Positions 1-17,290 of a stretch of 64,000 bases of DNA are shown piece after piece. The position numbers and the translations under genes are program-made. Positions within the stretch are counted from its first letter, which is position 1. Every line of letters starts with the position of its first letter. The notes under the pieces are model-generated. The model had not been told where the DNA came from and made no database searches. It saw only the letters and a list, made by a program, of their open reading frames with translations. The stretch is from the human T2T-CHM13v2.0 reference genome, Homo sapiens: assembly GCF_009914755.1 (NCBI RefSeq), contig NC_060940.1. One strand, given 5' to 3'.

Positions 1-510
1 CCCTGCTCCCAGACCCCCGCTGAGGGTGGTAAACACCCCAGCCGCGCCCTTGGCAGGGGTTCCGTCCCAGGGGCCTCCCTGTTCTCACTGTGAGGGTGGG
101 CATGATGGGCAGCTTTGCGGAGCCTCCTCAGCACAGAGCCGCACATGACGGGGGTGGACAGACTGTGGCCCCACAGCCGTCCATCACTTTCATCCTGTAT
201 TGGGGGAGAACGGGGCTTGCTTGAGGTCTGTCCTGGATATTCGTAATGCTGGCATTGACGGGGCCAGTGAAGGCTCTGATTGGTGCGGGTGACGAGGACA
301 CAGTCGCAGCAGGCGTAGACCACCAGAGCAGGGTGTCCACGTGGCTGGCCACGTTTAGTTGATAAAAGTGGCATCTATAAATGGGTGGTGGTGCGGAATG
401 GGTGGTTGATTAAATGGTATTGGGCCGCTCAGGTGGCCATTGGGGAAAGGTAAAGCTGGATCCCTACCTCATACCAAAATTATTCTAGGTGGATAAAAAG
501 TTTAAATGTA

Positions 511-805
<295 letters not shown>

Positions 806-1174
806 GTTTAAATGTAAAACATAATAAAAGCTGGTTTCCTTACTGCATAAAACACTTCTACAAATCGACAAGAAAAAAAAATCAACCGCACTCTTAATAA
901 CAGAAATGTAAATTAAAACTACAAGGAGATAATGCTGGGTTTCACTTGTCTTGGGAGAGATTTAAAAAAAAAAACTGATCTACTGAATTACAGAAGATGC
1001 GAGGAAACAGACCCCCTCGTGCTTTGCTCGTGGGGGTGTAAATGTCCTCCCTGGAGAGAAAATTGTGAATCTCTAGCAAAGTTCAGACCCCAGGAACATT
1101 TAAACTGCAGCTTTAATTCAACAGCGGCACTTCTGGAAGTATCTTCTGAAGATGGATTTGTGTGTGAAATATCA

Positions 1175-1620
<446 letters not shown>

Positions 1621-1698
1621 TAGAATAAGAAAGCTGTGTTTGCTGATATGGAACAATCTCCAAGATACAGTGTTAAGTTAAAAAAAAAAACAAAAACA

Positions 1699-2179
<481 letters not shown>

Positions 2180-2331
2180 TCACAGGAAAAAATATGTAGA
2201 GCATAACCCCATTTGTGCGGCAAAAATAAGGTGTGTATGTCGATCACTGCATGGGAGAGGAAGCGAAAGAGAACCACTCAGAATGAAGAGTCATTTTCTG
2301 TGGGAAGCTGGACACATGTGGAAGGGTTTGA

Positions 2332-2750
<419 letters not shown>

Positions 2751-4098
2751 TGAGAATAGCTAGGCAGTGGAAGGATGATTTCTACCACCCCATGCCCCAC
2801 CCCCCAGCTGGCAGAAGCTTTCACCCCCCGCCCCTCCCCCGCCGTTTCCCCGACTCGCTGACCCCTCCTCTGCCCCTGGGCCTTTTGCATCCTGGAGCTC
2901 TCTTCCCCTTGCCAACTCCTCCTGCCTCCCAGGCCTCAGCCACGCCTGCTTCCTTTGGGCTGATGCTGAGCACCAACCCAGAGTGTCGGTGCTGCTCATT
3001 GCTCCAGTGACCCCGTCCAGACCAGCCTCCCCGTCCAGCCTTCCTCTTGCTCCTGGGCAGGACCTGCCCTGTGCTTTGAGGCCCTGGGGCCTGCACATAT
3101 CCAGCATGTGGGTGTGCCCTGTCTGTGTGTACCAGGTAAGCGGGCAGATGAGCCCAGCAGACACTGCTGCAGCCGGAGGCTGCCGGCAGCCCGCAGTGGC
3201 ACAGCCGTGCTGTGGGAGGGCCTTTCTGTGTCTGGGGCTGTGTTTTCCACACTCCCCCTCTGGCTTTTACTGTTTTGCTCCGGGAGTGTGGCTTTCTAGA
3301 GTTTTGTCTGATTTTATAGCAGAGTTTCTGTTAACTCAAAAAGGGACTCCACAGTGAAGGTTTAAAGGTGGTCCCAGCTGCAGCAGGAAGCAGGTGTGGG
3401 GTGCCTGCTGCCCAGGCCCTGTTCCCCAGCACTGCTTCTGACCCAGGAGGGGCTGGGGAGAGGACCACTATTCCTCACCTTTCATACACCCACTCCCATC
3501 CTATTTCGCACCCCTTCCTCCAGGCTGCCTGCACCTCTGCCCTGCTGGCCTTTCGCTCTGTAATTCCTTTCTGAAAGAAATGTTTTCCATGAAACAACAA
3601 CAGCAAGAAGAAAGCAGATCAGCTGTTGGCAGGAGCTGGGAGGAGGGATGGGGAGGGCAGCTGATGGATATGGGGTTTCTGTCGCAGGCGACGAAAGTGC
3701 TGTAAAGTTAGATCACGATGGTGGTGACCCGCCTCAGTAAATGTGCTAAAAACCAGTGAATTATACTCTCAACAGGAGTGTAATTGCTGTCTTCTTAGAA
3801 CGTGTGGCCATGGAAATGTGCTCTTTTTATGTGTTTACCTTTGTATCAGCCGTCTTCTCAATGAGACCAGAATCCCTATCAGAGCAAGGACCTTGTTTGT
3901 GTCTCCCTTTTCCTCTATGTCCTAATATACAACAGTGTGTTTAGCTTGTAGCAGACACTCAATTTAACAACATCTTTTTGAACGAGTGGATCCATAAATG
4001 CATTAAGTGGCTCTGTGACTTCAGACTCTTCTTCAGGTTTACGGTATATAAATATATCATTTACGGTACCTTCATTTATGGTATATAGGTGATATTTT

Positions 4099-5170
<1,072 letters not shown>

Positions 5171-5615
5171 CTACAAGGGTCCTCCTTACTAAACCCCCTG
5201 CACAGGTGAGGAAACTGAGGCCCAGAGATTATGCAGCCTGCCCAGGTAAAGCAGCTGGTGAACGTGGACAGCGTGGCCCCCGTCATACCTTCTCGCCAGC
5301 TGACGGTGCTGTCCAGGGAGTCTGGAAAGCAGAGATCCAAAGGAATTGGCTGGGCTGGAAGGCTCCTTACAGAAGAGCTCGCTTGCCCATTCACTCATTC
5401 ATTTGTTCAGCTGAACACCCACCTACGAGTGTGTACCAGGCAGACCCGCTCCTGTCTCCACGAACCACAATCACAGAATTGTGTAAACGAGGTAAAGCCG
5501 GAGGCCTGAGATTGTGGGGATGGGGATTGAGGTCAGGACTGTCTTACCAAGGAGTGACATTTGGCCTGGGATTGAAAAGTCACGAAGGAACTGAACATTA
5601 AGACCCTGTATGTAA

Positions 5616-5891
5616 GGCTGGGTGTGGTGGCTCCCACTGTAATCCCAGCACTTTGGGAGGCCAAGGTGGAGGAATGCTTGAGGCCATGAGTTCGGAATCA
5701 GCCTGGGCAACATAGTGAGACCCCATCTCTACAAAAATAAACAAAATTAGCCAGGCGTAGTGTCTTCCTGCCCACTTGGGTGGCTGAAGTGGAAGGACTG
5801 CTTGAGCCCAGGAGTTCAAGACTGTGGTGAGCAGTGATTGTGCCACTGCACTCCAGCCTGGGTGACAAAGGGAGACCCTGTCTCTAAAAAA
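5616..5891 (+). mobile_element. AluJ
   Basis: Diverged Alu with gcccaggagttcaag/gagaccctgtctc. Confidence 0.88.
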
Positions 5892-5905
5892 TAAGATTAT
5901 AAACC

Positions 5906-6682
<777 letters not shown>

Positions 6683-8734
6683 GAACTTCAGACCTCAAAT
6701 CCTCCCCATCTTGCAGCCCCAGGCGCAGACCTGGGCAGTGGGGCCCCCGTGTGCCCATCCCCCAGCTGGCCAGGCTCAGCTGAGAGCTCCTCGACCTCCT
6801 GCCTGTCCCTGCCACCCTTAGGAGTCCGAGAAACTGGACCTGCCCGTGGCCTGGACACCACTTCCTTTATTGCTTAGGGTTTCTCTCTTTCTTTCTTTAA
6901 AAATTTTTTAAATGAAAAATGGGGCTGAGGGAAGACTCGGTCTAAAGATAAAGAGAGGGGTCACCTGGATCTGGAATGTTCTCTGGCTTTCCAGGCTGCT
7001 CTGATCGCAGACCTCCTGTCTTTAACAACCCAGCCTGGGTCAGGTCTGATGAAATGCACTTTCCAGGGAATGAGGCTGGTTTGGGCTCTGCAGAAGCTTC
7101 CCTCTTCCATCCTGGCACCGGCAGAAAAGCCCATTAAAATAATTGCAGGGAGAGACTGTTACCTAAGTTTCCTCCCCTTGAGCTGTTGGAGCTCTTCTTT
7201 GACCTTTATGGTTTTTAAAACCCTGCCAATCCTTGCCTTGTCCCCCGGACGCATTCATCCAGTGGGTTGGGAAGCTGGTGTTCGCTGTCCGGGCTGGGTC
7301 GTGCCGGCTCTCCGTGTGTGCACGTGTGGGTCTGGGCTGGGTGTTGACCTGCTCCTGGGCCAGGGCCCACCAGAGCCTTAGTCCGGGTGGCCACCATCTG
7401 GGAGGCCCGGCCGTGTCCTCTCTTACCCCAGTTCTCCAGGCACTGGCCAGGGGCCCCCTCAGCACACATGTCATAGTTGGTCCCTCCCTGCCCATGGCCC
7501 TTCAGAGGCCCCCAGCTGGTCTTGGGAGGAGGGTGCCTGTGTGGGCCAGCTTTCAGCACAGCCCCCGCCCTCTGCTCCAGCCTTGGGTGCACCCCAACCC
7601 CACCCAGCTGACCAGCCTGTTGGGGGGCCTGTGGACCCCGCCTCTAAGCCTGGGTCTTCCTCTGGGCACCCGTTGGGGACAGGGCAGCCACACACCCAGC
7701 CCAGGGTGTGGTCTCCCCACCCAGCTGCCTCCCTTGCAAAGGCAGGGTTGCCTTGGCAATGACACCTGAGGAGGAGACGCTTGCCCTGGGTGCGCTGTTT
7801 CCCTGTCTTCAGTAAGGGAGGAGGCTGGCTTCCTCTGGCGGAGGGAGGCAGCAGCTCTCCTTTGCCTTGGAACCCGCTTTGCTCCAGTGATCCCTGAGCC
7901 ACCACATTGGTAAGACTGGCTGGAGCTGAAGGTCCGAGTGTGGCTTCAGGACTGGTGACGATGGCCAGGGATGAAGGGCTGCGGCGTGTGGAGGGGCTGC
8001 GCCCGGAAGGAAGCGGTGTGGACCCAGAAGGAAGCGGAGCCCTGGTGGGCAGCCTGGCTGTGCTCTGGCCCAGGAACCGGGCCTTTTCTTGCCTCTTGCC
8101 TCTGACTCAGAGCGGCTTGTGGGAGCCTCGCATGCAGGGCCAGGCAGGGCAAGAACGATCGCGACCTTTTCCTCCAGGGAAGGTTGCAAGAAAGGCGGGA
8201 TCTGTAACGTGACTAGGTGGAGGCACTACGGAGCCATGGTGCAGGGGTGGGGGGCCCCAGGTGAGCTCAGATGCCCTCCCTGCCTGTGCCACCGTGGCCT
8301 GACCCTCCACAGGTGGGAGCCATAGGCGTCAGGAGCCATTACCCCTTGGAGAACTGGGTGCCAGGCCGAGACCTGGTGTCTCATTTATGACAAACCGCTG
8401 CAGTGCGTTTGGGAGTCTCCTCCTCCATGACGTGCTTGTCTGGATTGGTTTTATTTTAGTGCAGGCACCACGTCGTCTTTTTATATACGTGTGAACGTAT
8501 ATATGTAAACACACGTATGATGTTGGTGAGTTCATGTTGGTGGTATTTTTACTAAGCAAAGATGTGGGAACCAAATGGGCCCATCCGGGGAGTTTCCCAT
8601 TTGGTCCCTCGTGCTGTGTGTGGTGGGGGGCATTGTGGTCGAGGTCTGAACAGCCGGGGAAGTGAAAGACCCCGTCCTCTCCGGGAGCTTACGGGAGTGG
8701 GAGAGACATTGACGAAATATTACCCATCGCAGGA

Positions 8735-9390
8735 GTCAGGTGCACACAGTGATGATAGTTCCGGGAGGTCAGGTGCGCGCGGTGATGACAGTTCCGGAAG
8801 GTCAGGTGCACGCGGTGATGACAGTTCCGGGAGGTCAGGTGCACGCGGTGATGACAGTTCCGGGAGGTCAGGTGCGCGCGGTGATGACAGTTCCAGAAGG
8901 TCACGTGCGCGCGGTCGTGACAGTTCCAGAAGGTCAGGTGCGCACGGTGATGACAGTTCCGGGAGGTCAGGTGCGCGCGGTCGTGACAGTTCCGGGAGGT
9001 CAGGTGCGCGCGGTGGTGACAGTTCCGGGAGGTCAGGTGCGCGCGGTCGTGACAGTGCCGGGAGGTCAGGTGCGCGCGGTGGTGACAGTGCCGGGAGGTC
9101 AGGTGCGCGCGGTGGTGACAGTGCCGGGAGGTCAGGTGCGCGCGGTGGTGACAGTGCCGGGAGGTCAGGTGCGCGCGGTCGTGACAGTGCCGGGAGGTCA
9201 GGTGCGCCTGGTGATGACAGTTCCGGGAGGTCAGGTGCGCGCGGTGATGACAGTGCCGGGAGGTCAGGTGCGCGCGGTCGTGACAGTGCCGGGAGGTCAG
9301 GTGCGCGCGGTGGTGACAGTTCCGGGAGGTCAGGTGCATGCGGTGATTGTTCCGGAAGGTCAAGTGCATGTGGTCATAGTTCCAGAAGGT
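8735..9390. repeat. 33-bp CpG-rich minisatellite, ~20 copies (ggtgatgacagttccgggaggtcaggtgcgcgc)
   Basis: Direct inspection; 11-aa periodicity in the ORFs. Confidence 0.95.
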
Positions 9391-10009
9391 GTCCCCGGGG
9401 CAGGATATGTTTTCCTATTTTCCTTGGCTTCCGGGGAGCTTGGAGCCTGCTTTCCTTTGGGTCCTGGGCTGATTTTCGGGCAGGTGCTGGGATGCAGTGT
9501 CCTGGGTGCTGCAGCATGGCTGAGCCTCGGATTCTCTGTCCAGGGCTAGCTGTGTTCAGGCCGCGCATCTTTAGTTTTGGGGCATCGCAAATCCTCCTGG
9601 AATCTGATGAAAGCTGTGGACCCTCTGCTTGTGGCGGGGGGTCATGCAGAAAACTTTGAGTACAGTTTCAGGAGATGCACGGACCACCCAAGGGCCTGGA
9701 ATCGGAGCCCCCACAAGACAGGGGGTGTGCTCTCTGGGCCAGCGTTTGGAGCACTCTCTGGCTCTTGGAGCCCTGGTGGGGCATTCCCAGCAGCTTGCTT
9801 CATTTCCTGGACACGTGTTCTTGGCTGTGGTTTATATTACTCTCTGTATGTAAATGTCATAGGTTTTTTTTCTTCTAGTAAAATTGTTCCTAGTTAGCAC
9901 AGTGGAATCTTGAAACAAGAAAGCCATCTTTCATGAACAGTGTGTGGTTTCCAGGCTTAGCCCATGGAGTTGGAGTGACAGGTATGGCAGAGATGGGGGG
10001 TCAGGCTGC

Positions 10010-10358
10010 GTAGAAGGTGTTTGCGCCCCCTAGGTGCAGGTGTTAATCCTCACCACCAGGGCGATGGTGCTAGGATGTGGGGCCTTTGGGAGGTGATGGG
10101 GCTGAGGACTGAGCCTCATAGTGGGGATTAGTGCCCTGATGAAAGAGGCCTCAGAGAGCACCCTCGCTTCTTCTACCATGTGAGCACCCAGCAGGAAGGT
10201 GCTGTCCAGGACCCAGAAAGTGGGTCCTCTGCAGACACCAAATCTGCTGGCACCTTGATCTTGGACTTCCAGCCTCCGGAACTGGGGGAAAGCAATGTCT
10301 GCTATTGATGAGCCGCCCAAGCTGCGGTGCTTTGTTGCAGCCCCAACAGGCTAAGTCA
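10010..10358 (+). mobile_element. MaLR solo LTR (MLT1A/MST-like)
   Basis: ggggcctttgggaggtga...gggattagtgccct...ctgctggcaccttgatcttggacttccagcctcc. Confidence 0.8.
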
Positions 10359-10922
10359 GGAACCGTGAACAGGAGACCTCCCAGGGAGTCTGCTCGGAGG
10401 GGGGATTTGTCGTGGGGGAATTGGTCATTGTGCCTCAGTTTCCCCATTGTTGGGGAAGTGGTGCCCATGGCCACTGGCAGGCCCCCCCGGGGGCCAGCAC
10501 ACCAGGTAGGAAGAAATGCAAGCCCCAGGCTGCTGAGATGCACAGAGCCCCACATTCTGCCTTCGGGACGTCTGTCTAGTCCCTTGTCTTACAAAGGGTG
10601 GGCAGGTCCCCTGCAGGACTCAGCAGAGGGAGAGACACAGTCAGGGAGCGGCCAGAGGGGTGACGTGCCCGGCTGCCCACAGGTACAATGGCTCCTTCGT
10701 GTCACACATGGGTGTCGGCGTCATCTTTCGGCTGGGTGAGGGAACTGCCCAGCTGCCCAAGCCCTGGGTTCCCAAGTCAGAGTTGCTGGGATTACTGGGC
10801 AGGGAGGTGGTCCCGCAACCCACACCGGGGCAGTGGCAGGAAGCACAGACACACACAGCACAGCGGGCCGGCACCGCCGGGGTGGGTTGTCTGGGCTTGG
10901 ACTCTTTCTGTGCACATGCTGA

Positions 10923-11551
<629 letters not shown>

Positions 11552-11786
11552 AGAGGTGTTTTCAAGCATGTCCTGTGCACTGGGCCTGGTTGGTTGATGC
11601 TCAGTGATGTTTATTGAATGAATGAATGAATGAACGAACAAGATCCAGAAGTCTGAGGGTAAACATGGGGTGCCAGCATCTTGTCTTAGCCCAGCCCGTT
11701 GTTGGGGGGTTGGCAGAGTACCTCAACCCAGACCCCTGTCACCTGTGCCCCCTGCCCCCCCTCACGCTCCTCCCTGTCTCCCCCAG

Positions 11787-11911
11787 GACCTCCCACTCTC
11801 GGGCAAAGGCCGAGGCAGCCCTCACAGCAGCTCAGAAAGCCCAGGAGGAGGCGCGGATCGCCAGGATCACTGCCAAAGAGTTCTCCCCTTCCTTCCAGCA
11901 CCGGGAAAACG
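11787..11911 (+). CDS. JPH3: Junctophilin-3 exon 3 (125 nt), (R)TSHSRAKAEAALTAAQKAQEEARIARITAKEFSPSFQHREN(G)
   Basis: Pyrimidine tract ...ctccccag|G acceptor, AACG|gtgagt donor; junctophilin alpha-helical region; phase matches the next exon. Confidence 0.97.
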
Positions 11912-12235
11912 GTGAGTCTCGCCGGGCCTGATACTGGCATCGTGGGGAGGGGGTGCGTGGATGGCTGGGCAGTCCTGGCAGCAGATGTGTCCTCCAGAGC
12001 GGGTAGGCTTAGATGGGCTCAGCCCCAGCTGCTCCCCTGCCCGGTGTCTTCCTCTCCCGCCGAAGGTGCTTGTTTGTGCCAAGGCCTGGCCTGGCTCCCC
12101 GGGACACAGGACATGTGTCTTGGCAGGTCTCTCCCATTCCCACAGTCCTTGGGGCACTGCGTGTTGCTTGCCGGCTGTCCCTGACGGTGAATTCCCACCT
12201 GCCCAGCCTGTGCTGTCTGCTGCCCGCCCTCCCCC

Positions 12236-12392
12236 AGTGTTGTTCTAGAACCTTCTGGGATGATGGAACTATCTGCTGGGTCCAGCGTGGCAGCCATTAG
12301 CTGGGTGTGTCTGCGGTCCTGGCTCTTGACCTGCCTCTGATGTGAACTAACTTACGATTAAACACACCCAGTGGCTGCTGGGTTGGACAGCG
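12236..12392 (+). mobile_element. MER3-like hAT MITE
   Basis: tagaaccttctgggatgatggaa...gtccagcgtggcagccattagc...agtggctgctgggttggacagcg palindromic layout. Confidence 0.65.
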
Positions 12393-13494
12393 TCACAAAT
12401 GGCAGCTCCCGCTGTGCCCCTCGGAAAGAGCTGGAAGCTGCTGCCTGATTTAGGAACCTCGTCCTCCCTTCGAGGGGGGGATCATGGGTGATACGGCCCA
12501 GTGACAGTGGCGGGGGCGTGGAGGGTGTGGGGTGGGTGGCGGAGAGGCCGTGGCCAGCTGCCTCCCATCTCCTACCTCATCTTGGAGGAAGCTTCCTCTG
12601 CACCAGGAGGCCCCAGAGAATGGGGTTAGGAGCGCGCCCCCTCAACCCGAGCTCTGACCGGTGAGCGGTATTCGGATGAGGCTCTGCGCGCTGGAGGTCC
12701 GCACCTGACACCACAGCCCTGAACTTGCTCGCAACGCCTGCCACTCTGGCCACCAGGACAGGATGAGGAGCCCAGCCTGGGGGCTGCGGGGCTGGGCGCT
12801 CCCCTGACTGGAACGCGAGACCACATCATCTCTAGAGGTGACCGTCCGCCACCACTCCAAGACCTTGCCTTCACTGGGCGAGTGCCGGGCCCTGCAGAGC
12901 CTGCAGCTGCAGCCTGGAGGTCAGGAGGACGAGCCCCCGCACCCCCACCGCCTTGGGCAGCTTCTATTCCACTGCGTCCCCTCCACTCTCCTGGCCCCTC
13001 CAGACACACGCACCCCAAAGTGTCCAAGTGGGAGGGCAATGGGCCACGTGCCCCTGTGGCCATTGGCATCCTCCATGGTCTCGCCCTCAGGCCCTGAGTT
13101 TCCTTCTCCCTGGGGCCCCTCCTTGCCTCGCCCACGACCAGCTGCCTGGGCTGGGAGGCGGTGGGGCGCACACTTGGGGGCACACGTGTAGCGTGCACGT
13201 GCATGTGGGGAGTGGGTGCAGTGCTGCGGGATGGACGAACGGAACAGGGATGCTGGAGAGGAAGCCAGTGCCGTCGGGGGCACCTGCCAGAACCCTGGCT
13301 GGGCCACTCCACGCAGAATGCACGTAGGACGGCATGGGATTCCACGTACCAACCCTGGCCCATGGTCGCCTCAGCTCCAGCCCTGCCTGCGACTCACATT
13401 CCACTGCCTGCGGCCTGTTTTGTTTCCTCTCAGAGCCTCAGTTCCATGTGTGAAAGGAAGGGGACCAGACAGGGAACATTGAAGCCTCCATCCT

Positions 13495-13862
13495 GTGCCA
13501 AATCCCCCAAGAGACGCATCCACCGGAAGCTCCCAACGTGACTTATTTGGGAGGAGGGTCTGTGCAGGTGTCATTATGGAACAGACTTTGAGACAAGATC
13601 AGCCTGGATTGGGGTGAGTCCTAGATCCACGCGGCGTCCTTAGAAGAGACAGAAGAGGAGGAGACAGGGGCGGATGGAGTGATGTCAGAGATCACTGGAG
13701 ACTCCGTGGCTGGAGGGTGGCTGGAGCGGAGACCCTGGAAGGAAGCAGCACTCCCGACACCTGGATCACGGCTTCTAACTTCCAGAAACACGAGTTTGCC
13801 TTTTGGGTGTTTCTACCCCCACCCCCGCGTGGTGCTTTACTGCTCCAGTCCCAAGAAATGGG
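13495..13862 (+). mobile_element. MaLR LTR (MLT1-like)
   Basis: gtgacttatttggg...gggtctgtgcaggtgtcatta...gtccttagaagagacagaagagg pattern. Confidence 0.7.
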
Positions 13863-13908
13863 TGCAGGCTCCCCCACCCTGAGAATTCCAGTTAAGACTC
13901 TGGAGTCG

Positions 13909-14390
13909 GAGATGCTTCCTGGAGGGCTCAGTCCTGGAGTCAGAGGAGATGCTTCCTGGAGGGCTCAGTCCTGGAGTCAGAGATACTTCCTGGAGGGCTC
14001 AGTTCTGGATTCAGAGGAGATGCTTCCCAGAGGGCTCAGTCCTGGAGTCAGAGATGCTTCCTGGAGGGCTCAGTTCTGGATTCAGAGGAGATGCTTCCCA
14101 GAGGGCTCAGTCCTGGAGTCAGAGATGCTTCCTGGAGGGCTCAATCCTGGAGTCAGAGATGTTTCCCGGAGGGCTCAGTCCTGGAGTCAGAGATGCTTCC
14201 TCGAGGGCTCAGTCCTGGAGTCAGAGATGCTTCCTGGAGGGCTCAGTCCTGGACTTGGAGATACTTCCTGGAGGGCTCAGTCCTGGATTCAGAGGAGATG
14301 CTTCCCAGAGGGCTCAGTCCTGGAGTCAGAGATGCTTCCTGGAGGGCTCAGTCCTGGATTCAGAGGAGATGCTTCCTGGAGGGCTCAGGT
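13909..14390. repeat. 34/37-bp minisatellite, ~14 copies (gagatgcttcctggagggctcagtcctggagtca[gag])
   Basis: Direct inspection. Confidence 0.95.
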
Positions 14391-17290
14391 CCCTGCAGGA
14401 GGGGCCTTGGGCTGACCTTTTAAGTCCTGAAGCTGCCTCCTCCGACAGTTCTTGTCTTCATGATACAGATGCGGGCCCCTGTGGGGGCCGCTGTGATGGA
14501 GAGACGGGGCCGCTGCTGCCTCACTGGTGGGAGTCCAGTCCTCGAGGGTCTGGCCAAGTTGGCCTCACCTCCTGCTGCTGCACCTTGGAGCCTGGCTCAC
14601 TCTGAGCACCTCGGTCCGATCTGCCACCTCTTTGGGTGGCGCCCCGGAGCCTTCTCTGAGCAGCATCTTCCCTGGAGGGGGCGTTGGGACCGTGTGTTTT
14701 TTACAAGCGCTGGGACTGGCATGAGATTTGATCCAAGCATTTCTTGTTTCCGCCTTGGATGCATTCAGGATCAGTGTTCCCAGACCAGGCACCCCGGGGC
14801 CTTCTCGGCTGCTGGGGAGGGGTGGGGCTGGGGGAAGCTGTCCAGGTCCTTCCTCAGTCGTCCTCACAGCCAGGAGCTGAGGTCACCAATGACAGATGAC
14901 AGAACAGAGCCTCCAAGAGGGGAACAGGGTTGCCAGAGCGCTCAGGCAGGATGTGGTGGAATCAGGATTTAAAACGAGGCTCTGAAGCCTGGGCCATGCC
15001 GGCTTCTAGAGAAGCAAACCATCCAGCGCTTCGGCTGCAGAGAGTGGCTGGCGCCAGCCTCTTGCTGCCTGTCTGGGAGGTCCCTGGCAGCCTCCCAGCC
15101 CGAGAACTCTGACCGTCAGGGTTCTGCCCAAGGCCACGTGAAGGCAGGACCATGAAGGAGCCTGGCCATGCGGTGTCCAGTGCCCAGGCCACTTCCGGTG
15201 CCATCCGCCCCCGCCCCAGAGGCAGGAGGACTGAGCGTCGGAGGCTGCAGGACGCAGGTGGCTTGAAGGCACAGGAAGGAGCTGCAGGGGCTTCACGAGG
15301 ACCCGCCCTGCATCCTCACCACGAGGCTTCTAGGAACGTTACCTGCTCAGCAGCTCATTCTAGCTGAGGGTGCCCTCCTGCTGGTGGTGCTGGGAGTCGG
15401 GGCCCCTCTAGCGTGGGGTCTCCTGGGCCAGCCAGGCCTGATCTCGGCAGCAGTGGGTGGACGACCTGGTGGGAAAGGCCGGGGCGCCATCGGGGGATGG
15501 GGGGGGCCTTGATCCCAGCCTGCTAGGTCCATAGCGTCTAAGGCACAGGAATGCCAGCCCCTTGGAAGTCCCATCCTGGCCAAGGAGGAGGTACGATGTG
15601 GGTGATCCGTGGGCATGATTGGGGGCCTCTGATGGGGCCAGGGCTGCCCTCCACACAGGACCCTCACGGGGAGAGAGGTGGTGGGGCTGGGCGTCAGGTG
15701 GGTACGTGGATGTCAGCACAGTTCTACACAGACCTTCTCTGGCCCATTCCCTGCTCTGCTCGGGGGACACCCAACCAGCCCAGCCCTGTTTCTGGGGAGT
15801 GACCACAGAGAAGCAGTCATTGAGACCTCAGAGTGGCCCACCCACACCCCCGTGTGACAGGAACTCAGACTTGGGAGGGCTGGCCACCCACCCAGAGCTA
15901 CCCAGCTGTGCCCCAAGCCCCAGGCCAGGGCCATGGCCTCGCTCTGCTCAGCACTGCCTCTTAGACCAGCAAGGAGGAGGACACAGCAGCCCAGCCTGGT
16001 GGCGTCGCAGCGTGCCCCGAATCTGCTTGCTAACGTCTCTTTACAAACGGAGGGACTATCTGGTGCCACACCGAGGGTAGCCATGTCTCCCAGACCTTCT
16101 CCTGCCAAAAGGTCAGACTGGGGTACAGGCGTCTCCCAGACCTTCTCCTGCCAAAAGGTCAGACTGGGGTACAGGCCAGGAGAATGTCCGAGCGTGAGAG
16201 ACTCTAAGATGGGCAGTGGCTCTTGGTGTCCGAGCTGGTCTCATGAGGTGGCCGCCCCGGGTAGAGCTCTGAGACCTCCGTCCTCAGAGGGAAGACTCCC
16301 CAAATTCCCACAGAGCTCTGCACCATTTTGGCTCGGGCAGGACGGGGATGCTGGGGGCGGGGGTCCCACTGTTCTGTGCTGAGCCTAGGACGCTACTTGA
16401 GATGAACGTGTAACTGTTCCCCGGAGGGTAAGAAGCGCCGCGTTCTTGGGTTTCTCCTAATGGAATAAAGTCGGGCATGGCTCCCGTGTCCCTGCGTTGG
16501 CAGGAAATGAGATCCCAGTCAATGTTCTTGGTTCTCACCTCCTGCTGGGGGCTCACGGAGCTCCGGAGAAGTCTCGGGGCTAGTCCTACAATGCTGCCCC
16601 TCCCTATCCAGGCCTCCGGGTGGGGGCTGATGGGGACTGAGCCACCGGCAGACGACAGGGACTCTGCTGGCTGCAGAGCTGGCCCCTGGGTCCTGTGGTG
16701 ACCTCCCCTTCCGGGGAGCCCCGCCCTAGGACTTGAAGCCCCAGCAGCCTCGAAAGGTGGGGAGGGAAGTCGGCTCCTGGGCTCTCACGCTGGCCCCGGC
16801 ACTGGCTGTTTCTCAGCAAGACTGTCCCAGCACCCTGAGACACAGTCCCAGGCGGGTAGGGGTGTTGGCGGCCTTGCTGTGACAGCTCGGCCTCCCCAGA
16901 CAGGTGGTCAGCTAGGGTGAGGGGCTTCCTCTTACCCTCAGGACAGGCGAGTCAGGGTTGGTGGGACCTGAGTCCACACCCCAGCGTCCTCACGCACTTT
17001 CCGAGCCTTGGGTCTCCCTTGTAGCCTGGGAGCTGCTGTCCGCCCTTCCTGTGGTGCCTGGGCCTAGCCAGTCTCCCTCCAAGTGTCTGTGGGGTGGGGA
17101 CCACGGGGGTCCCACAGAGGGCTTTGGGAGCCACGGTCCCCACTCCCCTCCCTTGCCTGCAGCCTTTCGGTGAGTGGGAAGCGCCTCTGCTGCCCTGAGG
17201 TTCCCTCTGGCGCCCTGGCCCGGGGACTGCGGCCTCGCTGTGGAATGTGCTGGGTAACGCCGTCTGGCGTCGTCTTGTGTCCCCATACAG

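Noticed and set aside
8562-9659. 365-aa filaggrin/hornerin-like ORF ([11 protein letters not shown])n and overlapping ORFs
   Set aside because: Produced by a stop-free 33-bp VNTR that is open in several frames; no gene context
12290-12378. 17-bp hairpin enclosing an ACTAAC motif (possible ncRNA or splicing element)
   Set aside because: Explained by the internal palindrome of a MER3-like MITE
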